Position numbers and translations under genes: made by a program
Shown: positions 1 to 10,444 of the stretch, in pieces
How the letters are laid out: every line of letters starts with the position of its first letter
Position numbering within the stretch: position 1 is the first letter of the stretch
Assembly: GCA_963702205.1 (NCBI GenBank)
Contig: OY969724.1
Span: forward strand, 1,568,001-1,632,000
Source: an uncultured candidate division Zixibacteria bacterium
GTDB taxonomy: Bacteria > Zixibacteria > MSB-5A5 > GN15 > PGXB01
Length of the DNA: 64,000 nucleotides
Direction: 5' to 3'
The notes under the pieces: model-generated
The model's input: only the letters and a program-made list of their open reading frames with translations
What the model was told of the DNA's origin: nothing
Databases searched by the model: none

Positions 1-587
1 TTGGGGTGCTGGCTCTTCAGGGTGATTTCGAGCGCCATTTATATCATTTGAAAAGGCTGGGAGTGCCTTCGTTTGAAATCCGGAGGCCGGATCAACTCGC
101 TACGACCAATGGCCTGATTATCCCCGGTGGTGAATCGACCACCATGACCGAGTTGATTGACCGTTTCGGCTTTCGCGAAAAATTGAAATCATTTTTTGAA
201 AATCACGCCGTATGGGGCACCTGTGCCGGTTCGATTTTACTGGCCCGCCAGGTCGATGACGCCCGTGTCAAACCATTTGGAATAATAGATATCAAAGCCC
301 TGCGCAACGGCTACGGCCGCCAGGTTTATTCGTTTTATGCCGAGGTGCCGTTGAGCCTGAATGGATCGTCGGAGACAATCGGAGTGTCGTTTATTCGGGC
401 CCCGGTTTTTGAAGATATCGGCCCGGAGGTCAAAGTCCTCGCCAAGTATGACGGTCAACCGGTCTTGCTGAGGCAGGGACGCTGTCTGGTCAGTGCGTTT
501 CACAGCGAATTGCACGATAACCCGGTCTTGACGGCTTATTTTGTCGAGCACATGGTGCGGCCCAGCGGCGTATCATATAAAAAGTAG
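1..587 (+). CDS. pdxT: Pyridoxal 5'-phosphate synthase glutaminase subunit (5' end runs off window)
   Basis: GVLALQGDF, IIPGGESTT, GTCAG, RNGYGRQ, FIRAP and FHSEL motifs; frame open to the window edge. Confidence 0.95.
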   Translation, partial: GVLALQGDFERHLYHLKRLGVPSFEIRRPDQLATTNGLIIPGGESTTMTELIDRFGFREKLKSFFENHAVWGTCAGSILLARQVDDARVKPFGIIDIKALRNGYGRQVYSFYAEVPLSLNGSSETIGVSFIRAPVFEDIGPEVKVLAKYDGQPVLLRQGRCLVSAFHSELHDNPVLTAYFVEHMVRPSGVSYKK

Positions 588-600
588 CGGTTCGTTTTCA

Positions 601-1515
601 ATGAAAATAATTATCGCCAGACATTTCGGATTTTGCATGGGTGTCAAGAGAGCCATCGCCATCGCCGAAGAGAACGCTTCGGTCGACGATAAGGTTACGA
701 TATTCAGGGAAATAGTGCACAACGACGCCATTGTCGAAAGATTCAAGAAGATGGGCGTGGGGCAGTCCGACACGGTGGAAAATATCGACCGGGGGACCGT
801 CATTATCCCGGCCCACGGGGCGAGCGCGGCCGTTCTCGACGCCGCCCGGGCCAAAGGACTGAATGTCATTAACGCTACCTGCCCGCTGGTCATTCGCATT
901 CACAATATTGTGAAAAAGCTGGCCCAGGACGGTTATCTGATTTTGCACTTTGGTGACGGCCACCATGATGAGACCATAGGCATTGTCGGTCACGCTCCGA
1001 ATAATATCAAAGTCATCGGTTCGCTGGCGGACATGGATAAAATAGATTATGAGTCCGGACCGATCGCTCTTACGGCCCAAACTACGGCTCGTCAGGCCGA
1101 TTTTGAGATTCTTGTCGAAGAGGTGCAAAAGAGATTTCCCCACGCCGAGGTTTTCAATACCATTTGCAACGCGACCAGCCAGAGGCAGGAGGCTATTACC
1201 GAGTTGGCCGGCAAGACCGATCTTATGCTGGTAGTCGGGTCGAGTTCATCCGCCAATTCCAACCGCCTGGTGCAGATATCCCGATCGCTGGGGGCGGCGT
1301 CGTATTTAATAAACTCCGCCGAGGATATAAAAGAAGAGTGGTTTTTCGGGTCCGAGACTGTGCAAACAACGGGCCTGTCGGCCGGAGCCTCGACCCCTGA
1401 TTTTCTGATAGCAGGCGTGATCGAACGGCTCAAAGAAATTGCCCGGGGCGATGTTGAAGTTATCTCTTCACCGAGGCAGGAGCGCTCCAATCGGCTCACC
1501 CTTGATGGCAATTAA
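601..1515 (+). CDS. ispH: 4-hydroxy-3-methylbut-2-enyl diphosphate reductase
   Basis: GFCMGVKRA, IVHN, AHG, ATCPLV, TICNAT..RQ, SSANS and SAGASTP motifs; ATG at 601 preferred over the ORF-track start. Confidence 0.95.
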   Translation: MKIIIARHFGFCMGVKRAIAIAEENASVDDKVTIFREIVHNDAIVERFKKMGVGQSDTVENIDRGTVIIPAHGASAAVLDAARAKGLNVINATCPLVIRIHNIVKKLAQDGYLILHFGDGHHDETIGIVGHAPNNIKVIGSLADMDKIDYESGPIALTAQTTARQADFEILVEEVQKRFPHAEVFNTICNATSQRQEAITELAGKTDLMLVVGSSSSANSNRLVQISRSLGAASYLINSAEDIKEEWFFGSETVQTTGLSAGASTPDFLIAGVIERLKEIARGDVEVISSPRQERSNRLTLDGN

Positions 1516-1746
1516 TCCCAAATGTCACATATATTTTAAGTACTTATTCGCGCCCAATATTTCCATTTTTCGCTTGCGCTTGGGGAAAAAATTATATATT
1601 TATTTCCAAATGAAACCGGCAGCCATTGATGCAGACCGATAGATTTCCGCCGGCACCGGTTCGCGACTCGTAAATGTTCAATATAGGATTGTTGAGAAAA
1701 ATAAAACGAGACGTTCTTTTTAGGGAATCAAAAGAAGCGAATTTGA

Positions 1747-1765
1747 TGTGACAAAAACTGTCACA
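1747..1765. promoter_or_regulatory. Inverted repeat TGTGACA-N5-TGTCACA, candidate regulator binding site
   Basis: Perfect 7-bp arms in the intergenic region upstream of the ArsC/Spx-like gene. Confidence 0.35.
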
Positions 1766-1957
1766 ACAATCCGACCGGTCGGAAGTGAAACCGGGAGGAA
1801 CGAATTTAGCAAATAAGTAATTTATGTGATCCATCTGCACGGCTTGAAGTCAATGACATTTTTAATACAGACGGCCAATTGAATAATCCGGTACGATTGC
1901 TACGGATTTCAGGATCACTAAACAGAGCACGTATCTTAGTGAATCTTTGGAGGCACA

Positions 1958-2395
1958 ATGCTCAAGAGAGTCAATCTTTATGTTTATCCGAACGAGCAGG
2001 ATTGCGAGGAGATTTCGGATTTTCTGAAGAAACAGGAAGTTGATCTATTCATTCGCGACATCAAGGAACGCCCCCTCGGTGTTGAAGAAATAACCCGGTT
2101 GTTTCGACATTTCGACGCGAAGCATTTTCTGAACGAGAATTCGAGTTCGTTCAAAAAGCACAAGCTGGATCAGGAATTGCCCCCGCGTCCGGAATTGTAC
2201 GATCTTATGGCGCAGGATAGCGACCTGATTAAAAGACCGGTGGTCGTGGCCGGAAGATTGATGGTTATCGGGTGCAATATTTCCAAGATCAAGGAAATGC
2301 TGCAACTTCCTGACAGGGCCGATGAGACCGGAATCAATTCCGGCGGAAACAGGACCTTCAACAACGGACGTGACGGAAAAAACGGCCGCAGCTAA
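1958..2395 (+). CDS. ArsC/Spx/YffB family protein with degenerate CxxC
   Basis: LYVYPNEQDC, RDIKERP and LIKRPVV pattern; GGAGG Shine-Dalgarno upstream. Confidence 0.75.
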   Translation: MLKRVNLYVYPNEQDCEEISDFLKKQEVDLFIRDIKERPLGVEEITRLFRHFDAKHFLNENSSSFKKHKLDQELPPRPELYDLMAQDSDLIKRPVVVAGRLMVIGCNISKIKEMLQLPDRADETGINSGGNRTFNNGRDGKNGRS

Positions 2396-2473
2396 AAGCA
2401 TTGCCTTTTGACGGTCTACCTGAGTATATTGTCGTCAAATACAAGATTGACAATCTCAAGATCGAGGTAGGCA

Positions 2474-4150
2474 ATGGATATCGAAAGAGAAATACTCGAA
2501 GTTGATATATTGATCGTTGGCGCCGGTCCGGCCGGACTGTCGTGCGCCTATCATCTGGCCGAATTGATTAAAAAATCCGACGGGCAGGTCGCCATGCCCG
2601 AAATAGTGGTCCTCGAAAAAGGCAGCTATCCCGGCGCTCATTCGTTTTCCGGGGCCATTCTCGATCCATCGGTTATCAAAAAAATGATCCCGGATTTTAT
2701 CGAGAAGGGCATGCCGTTCGAGAAGAAGGCCGGCCGTGACGGATTGTACTTTCTGACCGAAAATTCCCAAATAAAATTCCCGTTTCTGCCCAAACCGTTT
2801 CATAACGACGGCCATTATATTGTCTCGCTGAATAAACTGGTTGGCTGGATGGCCGAACAGGTCGAAGCCGCCGATGTAAATATTTTTCCGGAGATGGGCG
2901 GATTCGAACTGCTGATCGAAAACGGCGCCGTCACCGGCGTCAGGACGGTTGACCTGGGTCTCAATAAAGAAGGCCAGCCCAAAGACAATTTCGAGCCGGG
3001 TTCGATTCTCAAAGCCAAAGTTACGATCCTGGCCGAAGGCGTCCACGGGTCGCTTACCAAACAGGCGCTGTCCAAGCTTGATCTGCAAGACGGCAAAATG
3101 CCGCAGCAGTATCTTACGGGTGTCAAAGAGGTTTGGGAGATTCCCGAGTGGCGGCTGGGCGACGGTGAGATAATACATACGTTTGGCTGGCCGGAACCAA
3201 ATTATGAATACGGCGGCGGCTTTATTTACGATATGGGCGGCAATATGGCCGCGGTCGGCTTTGCGGTCGGGCTCAACAGCCCCAATCCGACCAATGACCC
3301 TCATTACCGGTTCCAGCAGTTTAAGACTCATCCGATGGTTAAAAAGATATTCGAGGGTGGCAAGATGCTTCATTACGGAGCCAAGACAATCCCCGAAGGC
3401 GGCTATTATGCCATGCCCAAATTGTATCATGATGGTCTTTTGTTGGTCGGTGATTCGGCGGGATTTTTAAACGCCCAGAGGCTTAAAGGCATTCACCTGG
3501 CGATGGAATCGGGCATGATGGCCGCCGAGACGGTCTTCGATGCCTTGCAGAGAAACGATTTCAGTGCCGACGTTCTTTCCGGAATGGAAACCAGATTCGA
3601 AAAATCGCAGGCCAGAGACGAACTATATGAAGTCAGGAATTTTCATTCCGGGTTCGACGACGGCCTGATCGCGGGGATGATTTCTTCGGGGATTCAGATG
3701 ATCTCGGACGGATATGGATTGGTCGATAAAAGACAAACGCACGCCGATCACGAAAGCGTGATGAAGTACAATGAATTTCTTTCGGTAAGGAATCAAAATG
3801 CCGTCAAACGTGATCTTAAATTCGACAATGAATACCTGTTCGATAAACTGACCGACGTCTATCACAGTGGCACCAAACACGAAGAAGATCAGCCGTCGCA
3901 TCTGGTGATATCCGACCCCGAAATTTGCAATACGCGCTGCACCGAGGAGTACGGCAACCCGTGTCAATATTTCTGCCCGGCGCAGGTATATGAAATGGTC
4001 GACGATGACTCCCGTCCGGGCAAAAAGAAGCTGCAGTTGACGCCGTCCAACTGTGTCCATTGCAAGACGTGCGACATAGCCGATCCATATCAGGTTATCA
4101 ACTGGGTGGTTCCCGAAGGCGGCGGGGGCCCGAATTATACGAACTGCTGA
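2474..4150 (+). CDS. Electron transfer flavoprotein-quinone oxidoreductase
   Basis: GAGPAG FAD motif, GDSAG..KGIHLAM, C-terminal Fe-S motif FCPAQVYE...NCVHCKTCDI and GGGPNY. Confidence 0.93.
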   Translation: MDIEREILEVDILIVGAGPAGLSCAYHLAELIKKSDGQVAMPEIVVLEKGSYPGAHSFSGAILDPSVIKKMIPDFIEKGMPFEKKAGRDGLYFLTENSQIKFPFLPKPFHNDGHYIVSLNKLVGWMAEQVEAADVNIFPEMGGFELLIENGAVTGVRTVDLGLNKEGQPKDNFEPGSILKAKVTILAEGVHGSLTKQALSKLDLQDGKMPQQYLTGVKEVWEIPEWRLGDGEIIHTFGWPEPNYEYGGGFIYDMGGNMAAVGFAVGLNSPNPTNDPHYRFQQFKTHPMVKKIFEGGKMLHYGAKTIPEGGYYAMPKLYHDGLLLVGDSAGFLNAQRLKGIHLAMESGMMAAETVFDALQRNDFSADVLSGMETRFEKSQARDELYEVRNFHSGFDDGLIAGMISSGIQMISDGYGLVDKRQTHADHESVMKYNEFLSVRNQNAVKRDLKFDNEYLFDKLTDVYHSGTKHEEDQPSHLVISDPEICNTRCTEEYGNPCQYFCPAQVYEMVDDDSRPGKKKLQLTPSNCVHCKTCDIADPYQVINWVVPEGGGGPNYTNC

Positions 4151-4175
4151 TTTAGGCGCGAATAGATTTTATTTT

Positions 4176-4199
4176 CCGGCGGGTTTGAGAACCCGCCGG
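4176..4199. repeat. GC-rich hairpin (REP-like or terminator-like)
   Basis: CCGGCGGGTT-TGAG-AACCCGCCGG; no downstream U tract. Confidence 0.5.
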
Positions 4200-4272
4200 G
4201 CACAACGTACGAAGATAGTGTCGCCCAAAAGCTTGATGTTGGCCCCTTCAATTTAATAGTCCAAACAACATA

Positions 4273-4297
4273 TCCCACGGTAAGCCGTGGTCGACCC
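4273..4297. repeat. REP family A copy
   Basis: TCCCACGGTAAGCCGTGGTCGACCC, 2 mismatches to the RAYT-flanking REP at 36219; a partial copy lies at 4451-4467. Confidence 0.8.
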
Positions 4298-4300
4298 GCC

Positions 4301-4448
4301 GCCTATTGAAAAAGTGCACGGATGGTGCAAGAAGTAGGTCGGGTTCCGAGTGGAGCGAAGCGTAACGAGAAACCCGACAACAAGATGTCGGCTTTCTCTC
4401 CTGACTTCGTCAGGATTCGGAAGCCGACCTACTGGTTTTTCAACAGGC
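4301..4448. mobile_element. 148-bp MITE with IS5/IS1182-like TIRs enclosing a GTAG-type REP doublet (copy 1)
   Basis: TIRs GCCTATTGAAAAA / TTTTTCAACAGGC; near-identical inverted copy at 32592-32739. Confidence 0.8.
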
Positions 4449-4626
4449 CCCAAGCCGTGGGCGACCCACCAATGGGCTTGCCCAAATTCGCACACAATTT
4501 CCGCCAAATTTGCACTTAATCGTTAATTTTTAATTTTTTCCAAACTCTTTGTAAACATTACAGTATTATTGAGTAGATTGGTCGCATATTAAACCGGGCC
4601 AAGACAGACAGAGGGAAATTTATTTC

Positions 4627-5427
4627 ATGCTAATTCGTGTCGTCGCCGTGCAGGCGGAGCTTGGGCAACAGCTTACGCTCGAAGAAAAACTGCATATATT
4701 CAAAAAAAGGCCGGATTTTGTCTGTCTCCCGGAATATTTCATGGTCGGCAATTATATGCCGGATTTCGCCCGTTCGGCCCTTCAGATTAAGGAAAATCTC
4801 GATTATATACAGCGCCTGTCGATTGAACTGGACACCTGTCTGATCGGCGGGTCGGTCGTGGAATCGGACGGAGATTCTCTCTTTAACAGTTCGTATTTAT
4901 TCAATCGGGGTCGCAGGATCGGGAAATACCGTAAGCTCAATCCGGTGAGCGGAGAAATCGCCAAAGGCATTTTACCGGGGGATAAGATTTTCGTCAGGGA
5001 CGTGGAAGGCATCAGGGTCGGACTGATGATTTGCGCCGATGCGTTAAATCCCGGCCTGTTCGAACTGATGGCCGTGGAGCAGGTCGATATAATATTTATT
5101 CCGACGACCTCACCGTTAAAGCCGGCCGAATCGAAATCGGAAAAGCAGAAACGCGACCGGGATATATACGTCAACGGCGCGTCTCTGGCCAATGCCTTCA
5201 TCGTCAAGACCTGTGCCGTAGGCAGTCTGTTTGCCAAGCCTCTTCAGGGCCGGTCGCTGATAGCTGCCCCGTGGGGTATCGAAAACAGAGTCCAGTTTCA
5301 TGAAGAGCTCGATAAAGCGATTATCTCGACTGTCCTCGACGTGGGCGGGCTGAGGGAATTCCGCCGGAAGAAAATCTTTCAGGATAGCAAAGCACTGGGC
5401 ACACTATACGGCGATTTAACCAATTAA
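4627..5427 (+). CDS. Carbon-nitrogen hydrolase (nitrilase superfamily)
   Basis: E-K-C triad: CLPEY, YRKLN, ICAD; GRSLIAAPWG. Confidence 0.9.
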   Translation: MLIRVVAVQAELGQQLTLEEKLHIFKKRPDFVCLPEYFMVGNYMPDFARSALQIKENLDYIQRLSIELDTCLIGGSVVESDGDSLFNSSYLFNRGRRIGKYRKLNPVSGEIAKGILPGDKIFVRDVEGIRVGLMICADALNPGLFELMAVEQVDIIFIPTTSPLKPAESKSEKQKRDRDIYVNGASLANAFIVKTCAVGSLFAKPLQGRSLIAAPWGIENRVQFHEELDKAIISTVLDVGGLREFRRKKIFQDSKALGTLYGDLTN

Positions 5428-5456
5428 AAAAGGCGCCGCGGTTCGGCGCCTTTTAA
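5426..5456. terminator. Bidirectional intrinsic terminator
   Basis: AAAAGGCGCCG-CGGTT-CGGCGCCTTTT between convergent genes. Confidence 0.85.
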
Positions 5457-5473
5457 ATCTATCTCGCTGCTGA

Positions 5474-7306
5474 TTAGTAATGGTTGCCGCTGCTGTAAAA
5501 TTCATCGACCCAATTTTCGACGTTCGCACTCTTAAACAAGTTGTTATACCACTGGGTGTAGAAATTCTGCTGTTTCTTTTGAAGCACTTGCTGGTACAAT
5601 GAGTCCTGAATTTTATTGTATTCTTCCACGTCCGGTGAAATGCGCTCGACCAGTTTCAATATGGCCACGCCATTGCGATATTCAACCGGTTCGGATATCT
5701 GATCGGGCTTTTCGAGGGCGAAAGCCGCCGCCAGCACGGCCGGATCTTTGCCGATATTGGGGATCACCGACAAGCGCGTAATTTTGTCCTTTACGGCATA
5801 GGGGAAACCGTATTTCCGGCTGGCCGAAGACATGGCGTCACCGCCGACGAGGTCTTTTCTTATCACCGTCGCGGTATCCATAGCCACTTTTTGCACCCAT
5901 TCGGTCTGGACGCCGCGTTTGACGCTGGCAACTACTTCGGAATAAGGCCGATATCCGGCGTCAAGGTGTTCGGCGACTTTGTATACGTAATACCCGTTAT
6001 CCGATTCGACGGGATCGGAAATGAAGTCCACTTTGGCCTGCATGATACTCTGGCTCAGTTTTTCATCCTTCATGTTCAGTATGGGCAGATAGTCATCCTC
6101 GGTAAAGGCCCGCGTAGTATCGATCTTATAATTCAGACTGTCGGCCGTTTTTTGGAACCCATCGATTTTAGCCGCCGCGGAAAAGTCATCGGCCTCCTGC
6201 CTTATCGTGGCGATAGTTTCCGGCGACGGTTCGACTTTCAGGAGTATATGAGCGGCGTGTCTCTCTTCTACCATTTTATTGGTCGACGGGTTTTTCTTGG
6301 ATCGAATATCCATTAACTTGATAATGTGATAGCCGAACATGGTCTTGACCGGATGACTGATTTCACCAACCTTCATTGCGAAGACGGCGCTGTCGAACGG
6401 GGGAACCATGCGTCCTCGTTCGAACCAGCCCAGATCGCCATCGTTTTGGGCAGAATTGTCCTCGGATAAGCTCCGGGCGTATTCTCCAAAATCGGCACCG
6501 GCCATAAGAGAATCATAAATATCGTTCATCTGGTACAATATCCGGTTCCAGTCGTTTTGGGACGGTTCGATCTTGAAAGTGACGACGTCGAGCACGCTGC
6601 GCTTCTTGACGGCATAATCCTCGAGATGGGAATCATAAAACGCCTTAGCTTCTTCCTCGGTCGGTTCCGGCGCCTTGGTGAGAAGGTCTTTGTCGGGAAC
6701 GTACAAGTAGCCCAGTTTTAATTCTTCCTTAGAATCCAGAAACGCCTGCATAACTTCGGCCGGCGTCACGCGCACGGCACTGACAATATCCTGCTGGAGC
6801 TTGAACCGCTTAATATTAGGGGTGACATACTTTTCCAGCGAAGCCCAGAACGGGGCGGCGTTGGGATCGCCCATGGCCTGGGTATATTTCTGATAATCGA
6901 ATTTGCCGTTGGTCTGAAATTGGGGCGCCTGCTGGATTTCCTGAGGCGGGTACATTCTCAAATAATTGAACAATTCTTCATCGTTTACAGCTATCTTGCG
7001 CTTTGCGATTTGCTGATTGAGCAGATAATCGACGACCAGTTGCTGCCAGGCTTTATTGCGAATTTCACGGACCTTGCTTACCGAAAGGTCCTGGTCGGAT
7101 TTGTCCTGTTCCTGACGCAGCATGGAGTTATAGTAGTTATCGAAAATCTGCCAGGAAATTTGTTCGCCGTTAATTGCACCGACGTTGTTTTTCACGTTCT
7201 TGGATCTGGTTATGTCGGCGCCCCATTGCAGGATAATCATACCGGTAAAGAACACCAGGACAATAACGATAATGGGCACAATAAGCCGTCTTAGTAGTTG
7301 AAACAT
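5474..7306 (-). CDS. PpiD/SurA-type membrane-anchored peptidyl-prolyl isomerase/chaperone
   Basis: N-terminal TM, SurA N domain, rotamase motif GDLGWFERGRMVPPFDSAVF..GEISHPVKTMFGYHIIK. Confidence 0.9.
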   Translation of the reverse strand: MFQLLRRLIVPIIVIVLVFFTGMIILQWGADITRSKNVKNNVGAINGEQISWQIFDNYYNSMLRQEQDKSDQDLSVSKVREIRNKAWQQLVVDYLLNQQIAKRKIAVNDEELFNYLRMYPPQEIQQAPQFQTNGKFDYQKYTQAMGDPNAAPFWASLEKYVTPNIKRFKLQQDIVSAVRVTPAEVMQAFLDSKEELKLGYLYVPDKDLLTKAPEPTEEEAKAFYDSHLEDYAVKKRSVLDVVTFKIEPSQNDWNRILYQMNDIYDSLMAGADFGEYARSLSEDNSAQNDGDLGWFERGRMVPPFDSAVFAMKVGEISHPVKTMFGYHIIKLMDIRSKKNPSTNKMVEERHAAHILLKVEPSPETIATIRQEADDFSAAAKIDGFQKTADSLNYKIDTTRAFTEDDYLPILNMKDEKLSQSIMQAKVDFISDPVESDNGYYVYKVAEHLDAGYRPYSEVVASVKRGVQTEWVQKVAMDTATVIRKDLVGGDAMSSASRKYGFPYAVKDKITRLSVIPNIGKDPAVLAAAFALEKPDQISEPVEYRNGVAILKLVERISPDVEEYNKIQDSLYQQVLQKKQQNFYTQWYNNLFKSANVENWVDEFYSSGNHY

Positions 7307-7471
7307 CAGGTCTTCTCCTCAAAAGTCATTGCTCAAATTTAACCCGACAATATAAGCGATTTATGCAAATGCGCAAGTCGGATATTGGCCTGATTCTTCA
7401 TAAAACTTTTTGACTTTGAACCGGCCGACCGATAACTTGTTTAATCGGTTATGATGATAGTATCGGATTAT

Positions 7472-9718
7472 ATGAAAAAGGCATTAATCATTGTAATAAT
7501 ATGCGCCGCAACGGCTCTTGCCGGGGAGACGCAGTGGCCGGTTAAAGGCAATATAGACCTGTCCTCCGGCTTTTGTGAGTTTCGGCCGGCGCACTTCCAC
7601 GGTGGCATTGATATCAGAACCGGCGGCCGGGAAGGATGGGAAATTTATGCCCCGTCCGACGGTTTCGTATGGCGCATTAAGTATTCATACACGGGTTACG
7701 GCAAGGGCCTTTATCTTAAAGGCCATGACGGACGCATTTATGTTTTCGGTCATCTGTCGCGGCTCTCCGACCGTCTGGAGAAAATCGTCAAAGCGGAACA
7801 ATACGGCCAGCGGCGCTACTCGTTCGATTTGTTCTTCGGTCCCGATTCACTGCCCGTTACCGAGGGTGAGCTGGTAGCTTATTCCGGTCAGTCCGGCAAC
7901 GGCGCTCCCCATATACATTTTGAAGTCCGTAACAAAGACAATCATCCTCTGAATCCTTTGAGAGAAGGATTCGGGGTGGTCGACGACACCCCTCCCGAAA
8001 TCACCCAGATTGCCCTTGCTTATACCGATGACAATTCTCTTTTTGATACCGGTGAGAGACGGCGCTATTATGAAACGCACTTCGATCGTTCCGACAATGT
8101 GTACTATCTCGATTCGGTTCCTTTCATTCAGGGGCCGATAGCGGTGGACGTGCGCGCGTACGATCGTATCCGGGAGAACGGCCCGATGTTGAGCCTTTAC
8201 GATATCAAGTTGTACATTGACGATTACCTGTACTTTGATAACGTATTCGATTCGTACGATTACGAACAAACGAGGATGGTCGACTTGATTTTTGATTATG
8301 CCGCACAGATGCAGGATCAATCTCACTGGCGGCGGCTTTATAATCCGCCTGGCATGATTTATCCGGGAAGCCGTTCCTCGTACGATAAAGGCGGCATATT
8401 TTCGGGCAAGACGACCTATAGTTATGGCCTTCATAACGCCCGGATTGAGGCGTCCGATGCCGCCGGAAATAAATCGGAACTGCACTTTAAATTTATCCTG
8501 GCTCCGTCGGGTAAATTATTCGACGTTGGCTGGGGCGGTGATTCACTTTTATATGTCCAGGCGTTTCCCGATATGCGCTATATCGACCTGGATCATATCG
8601 CCGCTTTCGGGATCGGAAATTCCGGTGAATGGCGGGTTGTCGATAAGAGCAATATCGATAAAGTCAGCGACCTGGCCTGGCGGGTTCATTTACCCCATGC
8701 CCGTCAAAGCATCAAGATGCTGAAAATTACGGCCTTCGGGTCATCGGGCTGGGTCAAAGACGCCGTGTATTTGCCGCTGTCGCCGGATAACCAACCGAAT
8801 TTCCATATAAGCTATAATCTCGACGGCGAAGGTGTGGTGGTCGACGTCTCCTCGCGACGGCGGTTTTGCCCAATCCCGGTTATAACGGCTATTTTCAGTG
8901 ACGGGTACAAAGACAGCCTGCCGGTGACAGTTGTCACGCCCAGCAAGTTTGCCGCTTTTGTTCGGCCGGGCGATATTAAAACCGACCTGGTGCGTTTTGA
9001 TATTTATGCGGAAGACAGGACCATTCCGGTGGCGGAGCAAGACGTGCGAATTAATTCGGCGGGGCATTATCCGGGGAAGAAGCTTGCCAGCGAAGACAGC
9101 ATCGCAACGGTGGAGATACAAAGTGCTGATTTGTATGCGCCGGTTTTTCTCGAGATCGGCAAAGATCCCAAATGGCACCAGCATCGCAAGCAGATGATGA
9201 CCCCGGCTTATACGATCGGCCCCACGACGGTGCCTCTGGCCCAGGATATAGAGGTCGCTTTCACGGGCGATTTTGTCCCCGACGACAGGCAGTTGTTGAT
9301 CTGCCGCTTGAACGACAAAGAAGAATGGAACCCGCTTGAAACGATTTATGATTCCGGGCGCTTGGCGTGTTCGTCGGGTTTGTTGGGGACGTTCGCCGTA
9401 TTGAGAGATGACGATCCGCCCCATTTAAAGAACATTGTCCCGCGCAATAAATCGGTCACAAGTCATAAAATGCCGAACATACACTGTACGTTAAGCGACG
9501 ATATTTCGGGAATAGAATCCGACGATCAGGTACTGATCGAACTCGACGGTGAGTGGCTGATCCCCGAATATGACCCGGAAACTGAAATTCTCAAGACGAC
9601 CCCACGGCGAAGATTGAGTGATGGAACTCATGAACTGAAAATCACCGCCACCGACAAGGCCGGGAATTCCCGAACGGTCTTCTCGGAATTCACCGTACAA
9701 AGCGACAGCGGGAAATAG
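7472..9718 (+). CDS. Secreted M23 family metallopeptidase with C-terminal Ig-like domain
   Basis: Signal peptide; HFHGGID and PHIHFEVR zinc motifs; start could be 7451. Confidence 0.88.
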   Translation: MKKALIIVIICAATALAGETQWPVKGNIDLSSGFCEFRPAHFHGGIDIRTGGREGWEIYAPSDGFVWRIKYSYTGYGKGLYLKGHDGRIYVFGHLSRLSDRLEKIVKAEQYGQRRYSFDLFFGPDSLPVTEGELVAYSGQSGNGAPHIHFEVRNKDNHPLNPLREGFGVVDDTPPEITQIALAYTDDNSLFDTGERRRYYETHFDRSDNVYYLDSVPFIQGPIAVDVRAYDRIRENGPMLSLYDIKLYIDDYLYFDNVFDSYDYEQTRMVDLIFDYAAQMQDQSHWRRLYNPPGMIYPGSRSSYDKGGIFSGKTTYSYGLHNARIEASDAAGNKSELHFKFILAPSGKLFDVGWGGDSLLYVQAFPDMRYIDLDHIAAFGIGNSGEWRVVDKSNIDKVSDLAWRVHLPHARQSIKMLKITAFGSSGWVKDAVYLPLSPDNQPNFHISYNLDGEGVVVDVSSRRRFCPIPVITAIFSDGYKDSLPVTVVTPSKFAAFVRPGDIKTDLVRFDIYAEDRTIPVAEQDVRINSAGHYPGKKLASEDSIATVEIQSADLYAPVFLEIGKDPKWHQHRKQMMTPAYTIGPTTVPLAQDIEVAFTGDFVPDDRQLLICRLNDKEEWNPLETIYDSGRLACSSGLLGTFAVLRDDDPPHLKNIVPRNKSVTSHKMPNIHCTLSDDISGIESDDQVLIELDGEWLIPEYDPETEILKTTPRRRLSDGTHELKITATDKAGNSRTVFSEFTVQSDSGK

Positions 9719-9722
9719 GTCT

Positions 9723-10415
9723 ATGTTTCTTCCTCTTAAAGACGAGCATCCCGGACCCAATAAACCCTACGCCACGTTCATCATAATTATACTGAATTGC
9801 ATCGTCTATTTTCTGTCGATGAACCGCACCCCGCAGGAATTCAATATTTTCATATACAAGTACGGCCTGATACCCTATGAAATAGTGCACATGACCGAAC
9901 TTACCCCGCAGTTTTCCTGGCCGATTTTGCTGTCACCGTTTTCGAGTATGTTCACGCACGCCGGTTTCATGCACCTTGCCGGAAATATGCTCTATTTGTG
10001 GATTTTCGGAAACAACGTGGAGAATCACCTCGGGCCGGTAAAGTTCATCATATTTTATCTCGTCTCGGGACTGGCGGCGGCGTTCATGTTTGTCATTTTC
10101 AGTCCCAATTCTCAGATTCCTCTGGTGGGAGCGTCGGGAGCGATTGCGGGCGTTATGGGGGCCTATATGTTCCTTTATCCGCACGCCCGAATTCTCACCC
10201 TGCTGTTCCTGTTTTATTTTATCCGCATCATGCGTATTTCAGCCTGGATAATCCTCGGGTTCTGGTTTGTCTATCAAATATTCATGTCCGCGGCCGGAGG
10301 CGGCGGAGGCGTCGCCTGGCTGGCGCACGTCGGCGGGTTTGGTTTCGGATATTTATGGTTCAGGCTGATCGGATCGCGGGGGAGCTCTCCTCCCAAACGC
10401 ATTTATCTCGACTGA
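9723..10415 (+). CDS. Rhomboid family intramembrane serine protease
   Basis: HAGFMHLAGNM, GASGAIAG and AHVGG motifs. Confidence 0.93.
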   Translation: MFLPLKDEHPGPNKPYATFIIIILNCIVYFLSMNRTPQEFNIFIYKYGLIPYEIVHMTELTPQFSWPILLSPFSSMFTHAGFMHLAGNMLYLWIFGNNVENHLGPVKFIIFYLVSGLAAAFMFVIFSPNSQIPLVGASGAIAGVMGAYMFLYPHARILTLLFLFYFIRIMRISAWIILGFWFVYQIFMSAAGGGGGVAWLAHVGGFGFGYLWFRLIGSRGSSPPKRIYLD

Positions 10416-10444
10416 TTTCCATTCAATTTATTCTGAAAATTAAT

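Noticed and set aside
4176..4199. Intrinsic terminator for the ETF-QO gene
   Set aside because: No U tract follows the stem on either strand; kept only as a hairpin
4253..4519. ORFs 4322-4519 and 4253-4507, which resemble ORFs 32371-32718 and 32491-32823
   Set aside because: The similarity comes from translating the repeated non-coding MITE; no SD or protein family support
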